From: Kiritimatiellia bacterium
GTDB taxonomy: Bacteria; Verrucomicrobiota; Kiritimatiellia; RFP12; JBMNHG01
Direction: 5' to 3'
DNA length: 64,000 bases
NCBI GenBank assembly: GCA_050950285.1
Contig: JBMNHG010000002.1
Coordinates: 824,654 to 888,653, forward strand
Shown piece by piece: positions 11,189 to 21,122 of this stretch. The translations under genes and the position numbers were made by a program. Each line of letters starts with the position of its first letter. The first letter of the stretch is position 1. The notes below the pieces were generated by a model. It saw nothing but the letters and a program-made list of their open reading frames with translations. It searched no databases and was not told where the DNA came from.

Positions 11189-11241
11189 GTCCGGGGGGAC
11201 ATCGCCGGGCCTGCCTCCCCCACTTTTGAAAGGATTTTGCC

Positions 11242-13227
11242 ATGTGGTCGCTGGAACTTGTCTGTCTGGCCCTGCTGCTCGCCGCTCTCAGCGGTGTGCC
11301 GGGGCTCGGACTGCGCCGCCATCTGGCGGGTGGCGAGCGTATCGCCGCCGTATTGATGGGCTGCGCCGCCCTTCTCGGCCTGGCGGGCGCCATCGGCGGA
11401 CTGTGCAGTACGGTGGATGCCGTGGGCGTCTTCCCCTGGCCGGTCGCGGAGCATGGGTTGGTGGGGCTCGACCCGCTAAGCGCCTTCTTCCTCGTGCCGG
11501 TCTTCCTGATCGGCGGACTGGGTTCGTTCTACGGCCTCGGATACTGGTCGCATCAGCAGAAACCCGTTACTGGCATTCGGTTGCGCCTCTGCTGGGGCGC
11601 GCTGGTGGCCGGCATGGGGCTGCTGGTCATCAGCCGCCATGCGCTGGTCTTCCTGCTGGGATGGGAGATCATGGCGCTGGCCGCCTTCTTCCTGATCGTG
11701 GCCGAGGAGCACCAGGCGGAGAGCCGCCAGGCCGGCTGGGTCTATCTGATCGCCACGCACGTCAGCACGCTCACGCTGCTGGCGCTCAGCGTGGTGTGGC
11801 GGCGGGCCACCGGCTCGTACCTCATGGATCCGAACGCGCTGGAGCTGCTCACCGCCAGGCAGCTCAACTACCTCTTTGTCATGATCCTGATCGGCTTCGG
11901 CATCAAGGCCGGTCTCATGCCGCTCCACTTCTGGCTGCCGGGCGCGCATGCCAATGCGCCGAGCCACGTCTCGGCCATCATGTCGGGCGTGGTGCTCAAG
12001 ATGGGCATCTACGGCCTGGTGCGCTGGCTCGGCCTGCTGCCGGTGCCGCCGGTCTCCTGGGGCATCGTGATCTTCACGCTGGGCGCGGTCAGCGCGCTCC
12101 TCGGGATTCTCTTCGCCATCGGGCAGCACGACCTCAAGCGCCTGCTGGCCTACTCGAGCGTCGAGAACATCGGCATCATCCTGCTGGGTCTCGGCATGGC
12201 GCTGATCGGGCGCGCAACCGGACGCATCGAGTGGGTGGCGCTGGGGCTGGCGGGCGGTCTGCTGCACGTCTGGAACCACAGCCTCTTCAAGCCGCTGCTC
12301 TTCCTCTGCGCCGGCTCCGTGATCCATGAGACGCACACGCGCCAGATCGACCGCCTGGGCGGCCTCGCCAAGAGCATGCCCTGGACGGCGGCCTGCTGCA
12401 TCGTGGGTGCGCTGGCCATCTGCGGCCTGCCGCCGCTCAACGGCTTCGTCAGCGAGTGGCTGATCTACCTCGGCATGCTGCGCGGCATCTTCGCCTCCGG
12501 AGGCGGCGCCCTGGTCGCCATCGGCGTGCCGTTGCTGGCGGTGATCGGGGCGCTGGCGGTGGCCTGCTTCGTGAAGGTGGTCGGCATGGTCTTTCTTGGC
12601 GAGCCCCGGACCGAAGAGGCGCGGCACGCCGCCGAGGCGCCCGCGCCCATGCGCATCACGATGACGGTGTTGGCCGGGGGCTGCATCCTGATCGGCTTGG
12701 CACCGCTGCTGGTGGCGCCGGCGCTCGATGCCGCTTCGGCCGGCTGGCTGGCCGGCATGGAGACGGAACCCCTGCGGCTGGCGGAGCGTGTGTCGCTGAA
12801 TATCGTCGGACTGCTGGCGCTCGTGCTCGTCGCGCTTGGCGCGGGAATGGCGCTGCTGGCGCGGCGCCGGGCCATCGGTGCCCGCACCGGCCCCACCTGG
12901 GACTGCGGCTATGCCGCACCGACACCGCGGATGCAATACACGGCGGCCTCTTTCGTGCGTACGATCATCCGCATCTCCGGCAGCGTGCTGCGGCCGCACG
13001 AGAAGCCGCCGGAGGTCGTCGGGCTCTTCCCGGAGCCGACCCGCGCGCAGAGCCACGTCGACGACGCCGTGCTGGATCGGGTGATCGTGCCGGCGGCGCA
13101 GCGCATCGAGCGGGGTTTCTCCTGGTTCCACCGCTTCCACCGCGGCCAGATCCAGCACTACCTGCTCTACATCCTGGTCGCGATGATCGTACTGCTTGTC
13201 TGGAGCCTGCTGGGGGTGAAGGGATGA
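11242..13227 (+). CDS. hyfB: Hyf/Ehr antiporter-like membrane subunit (HyfB/NuoL-like)
   Basis: GFGIKAG..PLHFWLPGAHANAPSHVSA.MSG, DLKRLLAYSSVEN.G, HSLFK.LLF, GLPPLNGF.SEW, TWDCGY...RMQYT. Confidence 0.92.
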   Translation: MWSLELVCLALLLAALSGVPGLGLRRHLAGGERIAAVLMGCAALLGLAGAIGGLCSTVDAVGVFPWPVAEHGLVGLDPLSAFFLVPVFLIGGLGSFYGLGYWSHQQKPVTGIRLRLCWGALVAGMGLLVISRHALVFLLGWEIMALAAFFLIVAEEHQAESRQAGWVYLIATHVSTLTLLALSVVWRRATGSYLMDPNALELLTARQLNYLFVMILIGFGIKAGLMPLHFWLPGAHANAPSHVSAIMSGVVLKMGIYGLVRWLGLLPVPPVSWGIVIFTLGAVSALLGILFAIGQHDLKRLLAYSSVENIGIILLGLGMALIGRATGRIEWVALGLAGGLLHVWNHSLFKPLLFLCAGSVIHETHTRQIDRLGGLAKSMPWTAACCIVGALAICGLPPLNGFVSEWLIYLGMLRGIFASGGGALVAIGVPLLAVIGALAVACFVKVVGMVFLGEPRTEEARHAAEAPAPMRITMTVLAGGCILIGLAPLLVAPALDAASAGWLAGMETEPLRLAERVSLNIVGLLALVLVALGAGMALLARRRAIGARTGPTWDCGYAAPTPRMQYTAASFVRTIIRISGSVLRPHEKPPEVVGLFPEPTRAQSHVDDAVLDRVIVPAAQRIERGFSWFHRFHRGQIQHYLLYILVAMIVLLVWSLLGVKG

Positions 13228-14129
13228 TGGACCACGTGATACATCTGTTGATCCTGCTGTTGCTGCCGCCGCTGCTGCTGGGGGTGATCACCAAGACCAA
13301 GGCGTGGTTCGCCGGCCGCCGCGGCCCGTCGGTCTTCCAGCCCTACTACGACCTGCTCCGTCTCTGGCGCCGCGGCATGGTCTTCAGCACCACCACCACG
13401 TGGGTCTTCCGCCTGGGGCCGATCGTCACGCTGGCGGCGGCGCTGCTGGCGGGACTGCTGGTCCCCTTCGGAGGCACCTCGGCACCCATCCGCTTTTCCG
13501 GCGACCTGATCCTCTTCGCCTACCTCTTCGCCCTGGGGCGTTTCTTCACGACCGCCGCGGCGCTTGATACGGGCTCGGCCTTCGAGGGGATGGGCTCGGC
13601 GCGCGAAGTGACCTTCGCCTGCCTCGCCGAACCGGCCCTCTTCCTGGCGCTGATGGTGCTGGCGCGCCTCTCCGGCTCGCTGTCGCTCGGCACGATGCTG
13701 CATGCCACGACCGGCGGCGTTCCCGCCGAGATCGTCGCGCCGCTGGTGCTCGTCGCCATCGGGCTCTTCATCGTGCTGCTGGCGGAGACCTGCCGCATCC
13801 CGGTGGACGATCCCACCACGCACCTGGAGCTGACGATGATCCACGAGGCCATGGTGCTCGACCACAGCGGTCCGCTTTTCGGCGCCATCCTCTACGGGTC
13901 GGCGGTCAAGCTGCTCGTGCTGGGGGCGCTCCTCTATCATGTGGTGGTGCCCGCCTACTTCGGGAACGCCCTCGACTGGCTCGTCTTCCTGGCGGGCATG
14001 CTCGGCCTCGCGGTCGTCATCGGCATCGTCGAGTCGATCATGGCGCGCCTGCCGATGCACAAGGTCCCCGTCCTGCTGGTCGGCGCGGTGCTCTTCTGCG
14101 GCCTGGGGTTCATCCTGATGATCCGGTGA
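13224..14129 (+). CDS. hyfC: Hyf/Ehr membrane subunit (HyfC/HycD/NuoH-like)
   Basis: GRRGP...QPYYDL.RL, DTGSAFEGMGSARE, E..RIPVDDP.THLELTMIHEAMVL; ATGA overlap with hyfB. Confidence 0.92.
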   Translation: MMDHVIHLLILLLLPPLLLGVITKTKAWFAGRRGPSVFQPYYDLLRLWRRGMVFSTTTTWVFRLGPIVTLAAALLAGLLVPFGGTSAPIRFSGDLILFAYLFALGRFFTTAAALDTGSAFEGMGSAREVTFACLAEPALFLALMVLARLSGSLSLGTMLHATTGGVPAEIVAPLVLVAIGLFIVLLAETCRIPVDDPTTHLELTMIHEAMVLDHSGPLFGAILYGSAVKLLVLGALLYHVVVPAYFGNALDWLVFLAGMLGLAVVIGIVESIMARLPMHKVPVLLVGAVLFCGLGFILMIR

Positions 14130-14133
14130 TGCC

Positions 14134-14775
14134 ATGACTACGCTGCTCAACACTCTTCTCGTCATCGTTGTCGTACTCAACTTCTTCATCCTCGGCACCG
14201 GGCGCATCGCCTCGGTGATCCGCTCGGTCGCCCTCCAGGGCGCGCTGCTGGGCCTGCTGCCGCTGCTGATGCACTCGCACCTGACGCCCCCCGTCGTGCT
14301 GTCCGTGCTGATGACGGTCGCCATCAAGGGCCTGCTCATCCCCTTCATGATGTTCCGTGCCATGGGCCGCATCCAGATCCGGCACGAGGTGGAACCGTTC
14401 ATCGGCCTGCAGACGTCGGTCATCCTCGGAGCCATTGGCACGGGTGTTGCCCTGCTCTTCTCCAACCGGCTTCCTCTCGCCGCGGAGCATGCCCACCTGC
14501 TGATCGTCCCGGCATCATTGTCGACGATGCTGACGGGCTTCCTGCTGCTGATCACGCGCTACAAGGCGCTGAGCCAGGTGATGGGCTACCTCGTACTCGA
14601 GAACGGCATCTTCTGTTTCGGCGTGCTGCTGGTCGAGGGCCTGCCGCTGGTCGTCGAGATGGGCGTGCTGCTCGACCTTCTCGCGGGTATCTTCGTCATT
14701 CTCATCATCGTCAACCGCATCAGCAAGGCCTTTGCCTCGCTCGACACCCGCCACCTGGCCACGCTGAAGGAGTAA
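14134..14775 (+). CDS. hyfE: Hyf/Ehr membrane subunit (HyfE-like)
   Basis: A.QG, K...IP, Q..GYL.LENG, VE.G.LLD, ends DT..L..LKE. Confidence 0.9.
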   Translation: MTTLLNTLLVIVVVLNFFILGTGRIASVIRSVALQGALLGLLPLLMHSHLTPPVVLSVLMTVAIKGLLIPFMMFRAMGRIQIRHEVEPFIGLQTSVILGAIGTGVALLFSNRLPLAAEHAHLLIVPASLSTMLTGFLLLITRYKALSQVMGYLVLENGIFCFGVLLVEGLPLVVEMGVLLDLLAGIFVILIIVNRISKAFASLDTRHLATLKE

Positions 14776-14782
14776 CGAACGG

Positions 14783-16207
14783 ATGGCCTATCTCTTCCTC
14801 TTTCTGCCACTGTCGATGGCCGTCCTCGCGGCGCTCACGCCCTCGAACCGCCTGCGCCCCTGGCTTCTGCCGGCAAACGGCGTGTGCCACTTCATCATGA
14901 CCTGCCTCACGCTGGCGCATCCGGCCTGGTGGACGACCGGCGCGTGGTTGGCGCTCGACCCGCCGGGACGGCTGGTGCTGCTGGTGGTCAGCACGCTCTA
15001 TCTCGCCTGCTCCTTCTATGCCGTGGATTTCCTGCACAAGCTGCCTGAGCGCTCGAACCGCGTCTTCTGCGTTTGCATGCTGGCCTTTTCCGGCCTTGCG
15101 GGGCTGGTGGCCTGGTCGCAGCACCTGGGCCTGGTGTGGGTGGCGATCGAAGGCACGACCCTGGTCACCGCGCCACTGGTCTACTTCAACCGCACCCAGC
15201 GCAGCATCGAGGCCTCCTGGAAGTACCTGCTGATCAGTTCGGTGGGCATCGCCATCGCGCTGCTGGGCACCTTCTTCCTGGCCTATGCCGCCGTCCATGC
15301 CGGCCTGCCGGCCTCGCTGAACCAGGCTGATCTGGCCAAACTTGCGCCGCACCTCTCGCGCTCCTGGGTACGGGCGGCCTTTGTCATGCTGCTGGTAGGC
15401 TACGGCACCAAGATGGGCCTGGCGCCGATGCACACCTGGAAGCCCGACGCCTACGGCGAGACGCCGGGCGTGGTCGGCGCGATCCTCTCGGGCGGTGTCA
15501 CCAGTTGCGCCTTCCTGGCCCTGATGCGCTCGACCCGGATCTGCCTGGCGGCTGGCGAGGGGGTCTTTGTCTCGCGCCTGCTGATTGCCATCGGCCTCTT
15601 CTCGATGGCCGCGGCCGCCATCTTCATGATCGGCCAGCGCGACTTCAAGCGCATGCTGGCCTACTCCAGCGTCGAGCACATGGGCATCCTCGCGCTGGGG
15701 CTGGGCATCGGCGCACCGGCGCTCCGCGGCACGCTGTTGCACGTGATGACCAATGGACTGACCAAGGGCGTGCTGTTCCTCACGGCCGGCAACATCCACC
15801 GCGCCTTCGGTTCCAAGAACACGAAGCAGGTCACCGGCGCGCTGCGGCGCGTGCCGCACTCGGCCTGGCTCTTCATGATCGGCTTCTTCGCGATTACCGG
15901 AGCGCCGCCCTTCGGCCCCTTCGTCAGCATCCTCGGCATCCTCGACGGCGCGGTCGCGACCGGACGCATGGCGGTGGCCTGGGGCTTCCTGGCGCTGCTG
16001 ATGCTCGTCTTTGTCGGCATGGGCGCCACCGTGCTCAAGATGCTGCAGGGCGGTGCTCCCGATGAGGTGCCATGCCACGAGCCCCGCCTCGCGGTCGTGC
16101 CGGCAGCACTGCTGATGATATGCGTGCTGCTGCTCGGACTCGCCATACCCTCGCCGGTCGCCAGCCTGATCCGCGACGCGGCAGCCTTCCTGGAGGTGCG
16201 GCCATGA
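14783..16207 (+). CDS. hyfF: Hyf/Ehr antiporter-like membrane subunit (HyfF)
   Basis: W.AIE.TTL, EASWKYL, GYGTKMGLAPMHTWKPDAY.E.P, DFKRMLAYSSVEHMG. Confidence 0.92.
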   Translation: MAYLFLFLPLSMAVLAALTPSNRLRPWLLPANGVCHFIMTCLTLAHPAWWTTGAWLALDPPGRLVLLVVSTLYLACSFYAVDFLHKLPERSNRVFCVCMLAFSGLAGLVAWSQHLGLVWVAIEGTTLVTAPLVYFNRTQRSIEASWKYLLISSVGIAIALLGTFFLAYAAVHAGLPASLNQADLAKLAPHLSRSWVRAAFVMLLVGYGTKMGLAPMHTWKPDAYGETPGVVGAILSGGVTSCAFLALMRSTRICLAAGEGVFVSRLLIAIGLFSMAAAAIFMIGQRDFKRMLAYSSVEHMGILALGLGIGAPALRGTLLHVMTNGLTKGVLFLTAGNIHRAFGSKNTKQVTGALRRVPHSAWLFMIGFFAITGAPPFGPFVSILGILDGAVATGRMAVAWGFLALLMLVFVGMGATVLKMLQGGAPDEVPCHEPRLAVVPAALLMICVLLLGLAIPSPVASLIRDAAAFLEVRP

Positions 16208-17736
16208 CGTCTAGCCCCAAACTGAAGCCGTTGCATAACGGAGAGGCCGTTCCGCTGGCCGAACTGCCGCACCTCTCCAACCGCGATTTCGCCGCCGCCC
16301 TGCGGGACGGCGTCACGGCCGGCCAGCGCGTGAGCGCCCTCTTCGGCACCATGCGGCCCGGTACCGAGGCCATCCGCGTCTATCTCGTGCTGGCGGACGA
16401 TGCGCAGCACCGGCTCTTGGCCGGCACCACCGATATCGAGGGCGGCTCCTACCCCTCGCTGACGCCCGCCTGCCCGCAGGTCCACATGTTCGAGCGCGAG
16501 CTTGCCGAGCAGTTCGGACTGCGCGCGGTAGGCCATCCGTGGTTCAAGCCGGTACGCTACTGCCGCTCCTGGAACGGACGCGACGCCTGGGACCGCCCCG
16601 GCGATCAGGAACTGCCCCCCGCCGTCGGCGACTTCTACCGCGTCGAGGGCGAGGAGGTGCATGAGGTGGCGGTAGGCCCCGTGCATGCCGGCGTCATCGA
16701 GCCGGGCCACTTCCGCTTCCAGTGCGGCGGCGAGCAGGTTTACCATCTCGATATCGCGCTGGGCTACCAGCACCGCGGTATCGAGGAGGCGCTCATCGGC
16801 GGCCCCAACACCCGCACGCGCTCCCTCATCGAGACCATCGCCGGCGACGCCACGGTGGCCCACACCACGGCCTATGGCATGCTGGTCGAGGCGCTCGCGG
16901 GTGTCGAGGCACCCCCGCGCGCCCAGGCTATCCGCGGTATCGCGCTCGAACTCGAGCGCCTCGCCTGCCACATCGGCGACCTCGGCGCACTCGCGGGCGA
17001 CATCGGCTACCTGCCGACGGCCAGCTTCTGCGGCCGCATCCGCGGCGACTTCCTCAACATGACGGCGCTGCTCTGCGGCAACCGCTTCGGACGCGGGCTG
17101 GTCAGACCCGGCGGGGTGGCCTTCGATCTCGAATCCGCCCGCGCCGACAAGCTCCGGCACGCGCTCGCGGCTGGCGAGAAGGACGCCACCACCGCCATCA
17201 GGCTGCTCTGGGAAACCCAGTCGGTGCTGGCGCGTTTCGAGGAGGTCGGCGCGGTCTCCGCCGCCGTGGCCATCGAGCTGGGACTCGTCGGGCCGGCGGC
17301 ACGCGCCTCGGGACTGGCGCGCGACATCCGCCACGACCAGCCTGCCGGCATCTTCCGCAAGGAACGCCCCAGATGCGTCACCTGCCCCACCGGCGATGTC
17401 CAGGCGCGCGCCTACGTGCGCTGGCTCGAGATCCAGCACTCGCTCACCTTCATCCGCACCCAGATCAGCCTTATGCCGGAAGAGGGCCCGCTGCACGTGG
17501 CGACCGGCCCGCTGGCGCCCGACTCCTTCGCCGTGGCCATGACCGAGAGCTGGCGCGGCGAGGTCTGCCATGCGGTCATCACCGACGGCGAGGGGCGGCT
17601 GGCGCGCTACAAGGTGGTCGATCCATCCTTCCACAACTGGCCCGGTCTGGCGCAGGCCCTGCGCAACCAGGCCATCTCCGACTTCCCGATATGCAACAAG
17701 AGCTTCAATCTGTCCTACTGCGGACACGATCTGTAA
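16204..17736 (+). CDS. hyfG: Hydrogenase-large-subunit-like protein (HyfG/HycE; NuoC+NuoD fusion) lacking Ni-ligating cysteines (Ehr large subunit)
   Basis: FERELAEQFG...GHPW, VGPVHAGVIEPGHFRF, LGYQHRGIE, GLVGPAARASG, ESWRGE, DPSFHNW; ETIAGD and SFNLSY replace the two CxxC sites. Confidence 0.9.
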   Translation: MTSSPKLKPLHNGEAVPLAELPHLSNRDFAAALRDGVTAGQRVSALFGTMRPGTEAIRVYLVLADDAQHRLLAGTTDIEGGSYPSLTPACPQVHMFERELAEQFGLRAVGHPWFKPVRYCRSWNGRDAWDRPGDQELPPAVGDFYRVEGEEVHEVAVGPVHAGVIEPGHFRFQCGGEQVYHLDIALGYQHRGIEEALIGGPNTRTRSLIETIAGDATVAHTTAYGMLVEALAGVEAPPRAQAIRGIALELERLACHIGDLGALAGDIGYLPTASFCGRIRGDFLNMTALLCGNRFGRGLVRPGGVAFDLESARADKLRHALAAGEKDATTAIRLLWETQSVLARFEEVGAVSAAVAIELGLVGPAARASGLARDIRHDQPAGIFRKERPRCVTCPTGDVQARAYVRWLEIQHSLTFIRTQISLMPEEGPLHVATGPLAPDSFAVAMTESWRGEVCHAVITDGEGRLARYKVVDPSFHNWPGLAQALRNQAISDFPICNKSFNLSYCGHDL

Positions 17737-17746
17737 GGATGCGCCC

Positions 17747-18526
17747 ATGATCAAAGCCACCCTCGCACGTCTCCAGCAGCGCTACCGGACGATCCGCTAT
17801 CCGGATGGACCGCCACCGCCGCTGCCCGACCGCTTCCGCGGCCGCCCGCTTTTCAACACCGCGGCGTGTGCCGGTTGCGACCACCCCTGCGAGGCCGCCT
17901 GCCCCACCGGCGCCATCGGACGCTACGATCCCGACGGTATCGATCTGGGACGCTGCCTCTTCTGCGGCGCCTGCGCCGCCGCCTGCCCGCATGACGCCAT
18001 CACCTTCGACGGCAGCCACCAACTGGCGGCGCGCGAGCGCGAGGCGCTCTCCGTGCCGCGCGGCGAGAAGGTCGAGGCCGCCGCCGCCGCGCTGGATGCG
18101 CGGCTGCGCAGGCTCTTCGGACGCTCCCTCAAGCTGCGCCAGGTCAGCGCCGGCGGCTGCAACGCCTGCGAGGCCGACAGCAACGTCCTGACCACGGTCG
18201 GCTGGGATCTGAGCCGCTTCGGCATCCAGTTCGTCGCCTCGCCGCGCCATGCCGACGGCCTGCTGATCACGGGCCCCGTCACGCGCAACATGGCGCTGGC
18301 GCTCCGCAAGACCTACGACGCCGTCTCCGATCCGCGTATCGTCATCGCCGTCGGTTCCTGCGCCATCTCGGGCGGTCCCTTCATCGACATGCCCGAGTCG
18401 GGCAACGGCGCCGCCTCGGTCGTGCCGGTGGATCTCTATGTGCCGGGCTGTCCGCCCCATCCGCTGACGATCCTCGACGGACTGCTGCGCCTGATCGGCC
18501 GCATCGAGGAGCGGCAGCGCGGATGA
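17747..18526 (+). CDS. hyfI: Ferredoxin (NuoI-like) fused to hydrogenase small subunit (HyfI/HycG/NuoB-like)
   Basis: CAGCDHPCEAACP and CLFCGACAAACP, then GGCNACE, SPRHAD, GSCAISGG, PGCPP. Confidence 0.9.
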   Translation: MIKATLARLQQRYRTIRYPDGPPPPLPDRFRGRPLFNTAACAGCDHPCEAACPTGAIGRYDPDGIDLGRCLFCGACAAACPHDAITFDGSHQLAAREREALSVPRGEKVEAAAAALDARLRRLFGRSLKLRQVSAGGCNACEADSNVLTTVGWDLSRFGIQFVASPRHADGLLITGPVTRNMALALRKTYDAVSDPRIVIAVGSCAISGGPFIDMPESGNGAASVVPVDLYVPGCPPHPLTILDGLLRLIGRIEERQRG

Positions 18527-18599
18527 GGAGCGCGCCTGCGGCCTGGAAACAGCGGGCCGCATGAACGGGCAGCTGTTTCCGCTGTCATGGCAGCTCCTG

Positions 18600-21122
18600 T
18601 CACGCGCCCGCTGGCATGTTCTCGAACACCCTAAGCGCGTCTCTGCGTGTGATTACCGTGTCGTAAAGGCCGATGTCCTCGCCCTCGTGTCTGTTGATCC
18701 CCGTGTAGCACAGGCTCGCGTCCTCGTAGCGCTTGAACTTGTAGACCGCGTCATTCATCAAGGCACTGTTGAATACTCCCAGACTTACCAGCAGGTCGAA
18801 GTCCTTCACCGACAGCCCCGTGACCTTCTTGAACAGGCCCGGCTCCAGTTGTGTTATCACGTCCTTGAGTGTCCGTTCCCGGTAGTCGGTAAGATACATG
18901 AAGATGGGGATCCGTGTGGCAAGCTTGATGAGGTTCTCCTGGATGCGCTTGCGCAGGCTCCTGTACTCCTTCTCCTCTGCGGAAAGCTCCTGCCTCTCCT
19001 TTTTGGACAACTCCTCGGCGTTCGCCTCCTTGCGGGCCTTCTTCACGGCTTCCGACTTGTTTATAATCGTCTCGATGTCCTGATTCAGGTTGCGGAAGCC
19101 CTCGATGCCCATGAGGGCGTCGATCGCCTTTTCGTTCGCCATGAGACGGCTCAAGGTATCGTTGTCGACGTTCACCAGCAGGGCGCTCTGCCAGCGTCGC
19201 GCCAGCAGGGTGGCCGATGTGCCGCTCATCGCGATGTCGAGAATCCCGGCGGCGTCAATCTGCTTCATGGAACTTCCGTCGTAGGCCAGTACCGGCAGGA
19301 AGCGTATGAACTCCTCCACCTTCTTTTCCGGGTTGGCCTCGTTGACGTTCAGACGGCAACTGTAGTCGGCAATCTGTCGCAGCGCCCGGTCCGGTGCAAA
19401 GTCGAAGACGTAGCACTCCTCCTTGATGATTTGCTCTTCATTCGGCGACTCGCCATCCGGATTGCGTACCGTCCAGGGGGATTGCACCCGGAATGCGGCC
19501 TGGAAGTAGGTTTCCGGGCTGGATGAGTTGCGGAGCATGAGAATGCCAGTCCACGGCTTCACCGTGACGCCCGTGGTCAGCTTGCCGCAGGAGAGTGTAA
19601 TGGTCTTGGTCTTGAGGGGATCATCCATCGCCTCCAGCACCGGGGGCAACGCCGCCGCACCAATGCCGGCGGCACTCCCGGCGGCCACGATGACATCGTA
19701 GTCGTGGTAGAAACGGTTCTGCCGCTTCTTTAACAGGTTGCTCATAGCATGACACGCCGCCACGCTCGGCAGGAACCAGAACGTGTGAGAAAGTACGCCC
19801 AAGAGCCGCACATCTGAGAACGGCATCGGCGGCTTCTGCGCGCCGAGTTTCAGGTTGTCAACGCTGGTCGGCATGAAGGCACCGCGAATCAGGTCCAGCC
19901 ACTTCTGGACCTCGTCCTCGTATTTGAAATGCGCCTGATTACCGACACCCTCAGCGGAGAAAAAAACATTCAGGTCGAACTCGTTGAACTCGCCCTGCAT
20001 GGCGATTTCCCGAATCGCATCCGGGAGCTGGTAAGTTAGCAGCACCATGCGGGGGAGGGCGGCGTAGGGGTTGTCTGGTCCCTTCCACTCCTGCTTTGCC
20101 CGCTGCTCGTCCGAATAGGTCCAGCTATAGATCTGCTCCTCGATGAACTCGCCGGATGCTATGGCCCGGAAGGGTGTGCCGGAGAGGTAGAGATAGGCGT
20201 CCGAGGTGATGGGCATGGTGTCCTGGTCGAAGATGTCGATGCCTTCGCCCTTGCCGAAGGCGATCTCCTTTTCATCTTCGGCTTCAAACAGATCCTTTGC
20301 TTTCTCGCGCCATGCGCCATAGTGGTATTCGTCAAGGATCACGCAATCCCAGTTGATCGTGTGTACCCACTCGTTCTTGGTTTTGATGCCGCCCGTGCTT
20401 GGATTGCGTCCCAGATAGTCCAGAAAAGAGCCGAAACAGACGATCGGGCGCCTCTTGTCGGCCTCCTCGTATGTGAGACCGCCGGGCTTGATGAACTGCC
20501 AGCCCTCGAAGTCCACATGCCGCTTCAAGTCCTCTTCCCAGGCGCTCTGCACGGCCGGCTTGAATGTCAGCACGAGCACTTTGCGCCATTTCATCCTCTT
20601 TGCGAGCTGGTAGGCGGCAAAGGTCTTTCCGAAGCGCATCTTGGCATTCCACAGAAAATGCGGGGGCTTGTTGTGATTGGACTTGTCCTTGCGCCACCTG
20701 GTGAAGTAGGCCGCTGTCTTCGCGACGGCCGCCTCCTGTTCCGGGCGCATCCTGAAATCCAGCGAGCGGTTCTCCTCGTCCAGTTGCCCGGTCCGTACCG
20801 CGATAACCGCCGCTTTCACGTCGTCAACCGTGCAGCGGAACCATTCGCCCTCCGGATTCCTTATGCCGTTGTTCCGCAGCATCTTGTGGACGTCGTGGTC
20901 GGTGAATACACTGCCGTCATTCCGCATGGCGGACTCTTCCATGACTATGCGGTACGGCAGTTTGCCGGGGCGCAGCGTAGGATACTGCCGGGCAACGCGT
21001 TCTCTAGCGCCCACGGTTGTGTATCCCACCTTAAGCATACCCGCATACTGCGGGTTCGTGTCCTCGTAGGCGTAGATCGTTGGTCGCGATGCCGGACGCG
21101 GAGGAAAGAAATCATTGCTCAC
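18600..21122 (-). CDS. GIY-YIG-like (T5orf172-type) nuclease fused to SF2 helicase, putative restriction subunit
   Basis: IYAY...LKVGYT..R.RV..Q and GEWF at the N-term; AKMRFGKT, DEYH, LSGTPF, YFQAAFRVQSP. Confidence 0.8.
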   Translation of the reverse strand: MSNDFFPPRPASRPTIYAYEDTNPQYAGMLKVGYTTVGARERVARQYPTLRPGKLPYRIVMEESAMRNDGSVFTDHDVHKMLRNNGIRNPEGEWFRCTVDDVKAAVIAVRTGQLDEENRSLDFRMRPEQEAAVAKTAAYFTRWRKDKSNHNKPPHFLWNAKMRFGKTFAAYQLAKRMKWRKVLVLTFKPAVQSAWEEDLKRHVDFEGWQFIKPGGLTYEEADKRRPIVCFGSFLDYLGRNPSTGGIKTKNEWVHTINWDCVILDEYHYGAWREKAKDLFEAEDEKEIAFGKGEGIDIFDQDTMPITSDAYLYLSGTPFRAIASGEFIEEQIYSWTYSDEQRAKQEWKGPDNPYAALPRMVLLTYQLPDAIREIAMQGEFNEFDLNVFFSAEGVGNQAHFKYEDEVQKWLDLIRGAFMPTSVDNLKLGAQKPPMPFSDVRLLGVLSHTFWFLPSVAACHAMSNLLKKRQNRFYHDYDVIVAAGSAAGIGAAALPPVLEAMDDPLKTKTITLSCGKLTTGVTVKPWTGILMLRNSSSPETYFQAAFRVQSPWTVRNPDGESPNEEQIIKEECYVFDFAPDRALRQIADYSCRLNVNEANPEKKVEEFIRFLPVLAYDGSSMKQIDAAGILDIAMSGTSATLLARRWQSALLVNVDNDTLSRLMANEKAIDALMGIEGFRNLNQDIETIINKSEAVKKARKEANAEELSKKERQELSAEEKEYRSLRKRIQENLIKLATRIPIFMYLTDYRERTLKDVITQLEPGLFKKVTGLSVKDFDLLVSLGVFNSALMNDAVYKFKRYEDASLCYTGINRHEGEDIGLYDTVITRRDALRVFENMPAGA

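Noticed and set aside
11081..11190. Fluoride riboswitch or BglG RAT in the hyf leader
   Set aside because: The fluoride consensus (GGCGATG...TRATGAC) is absent; GGATTG and CGCAGGCAA are present but too far apart for a RAT
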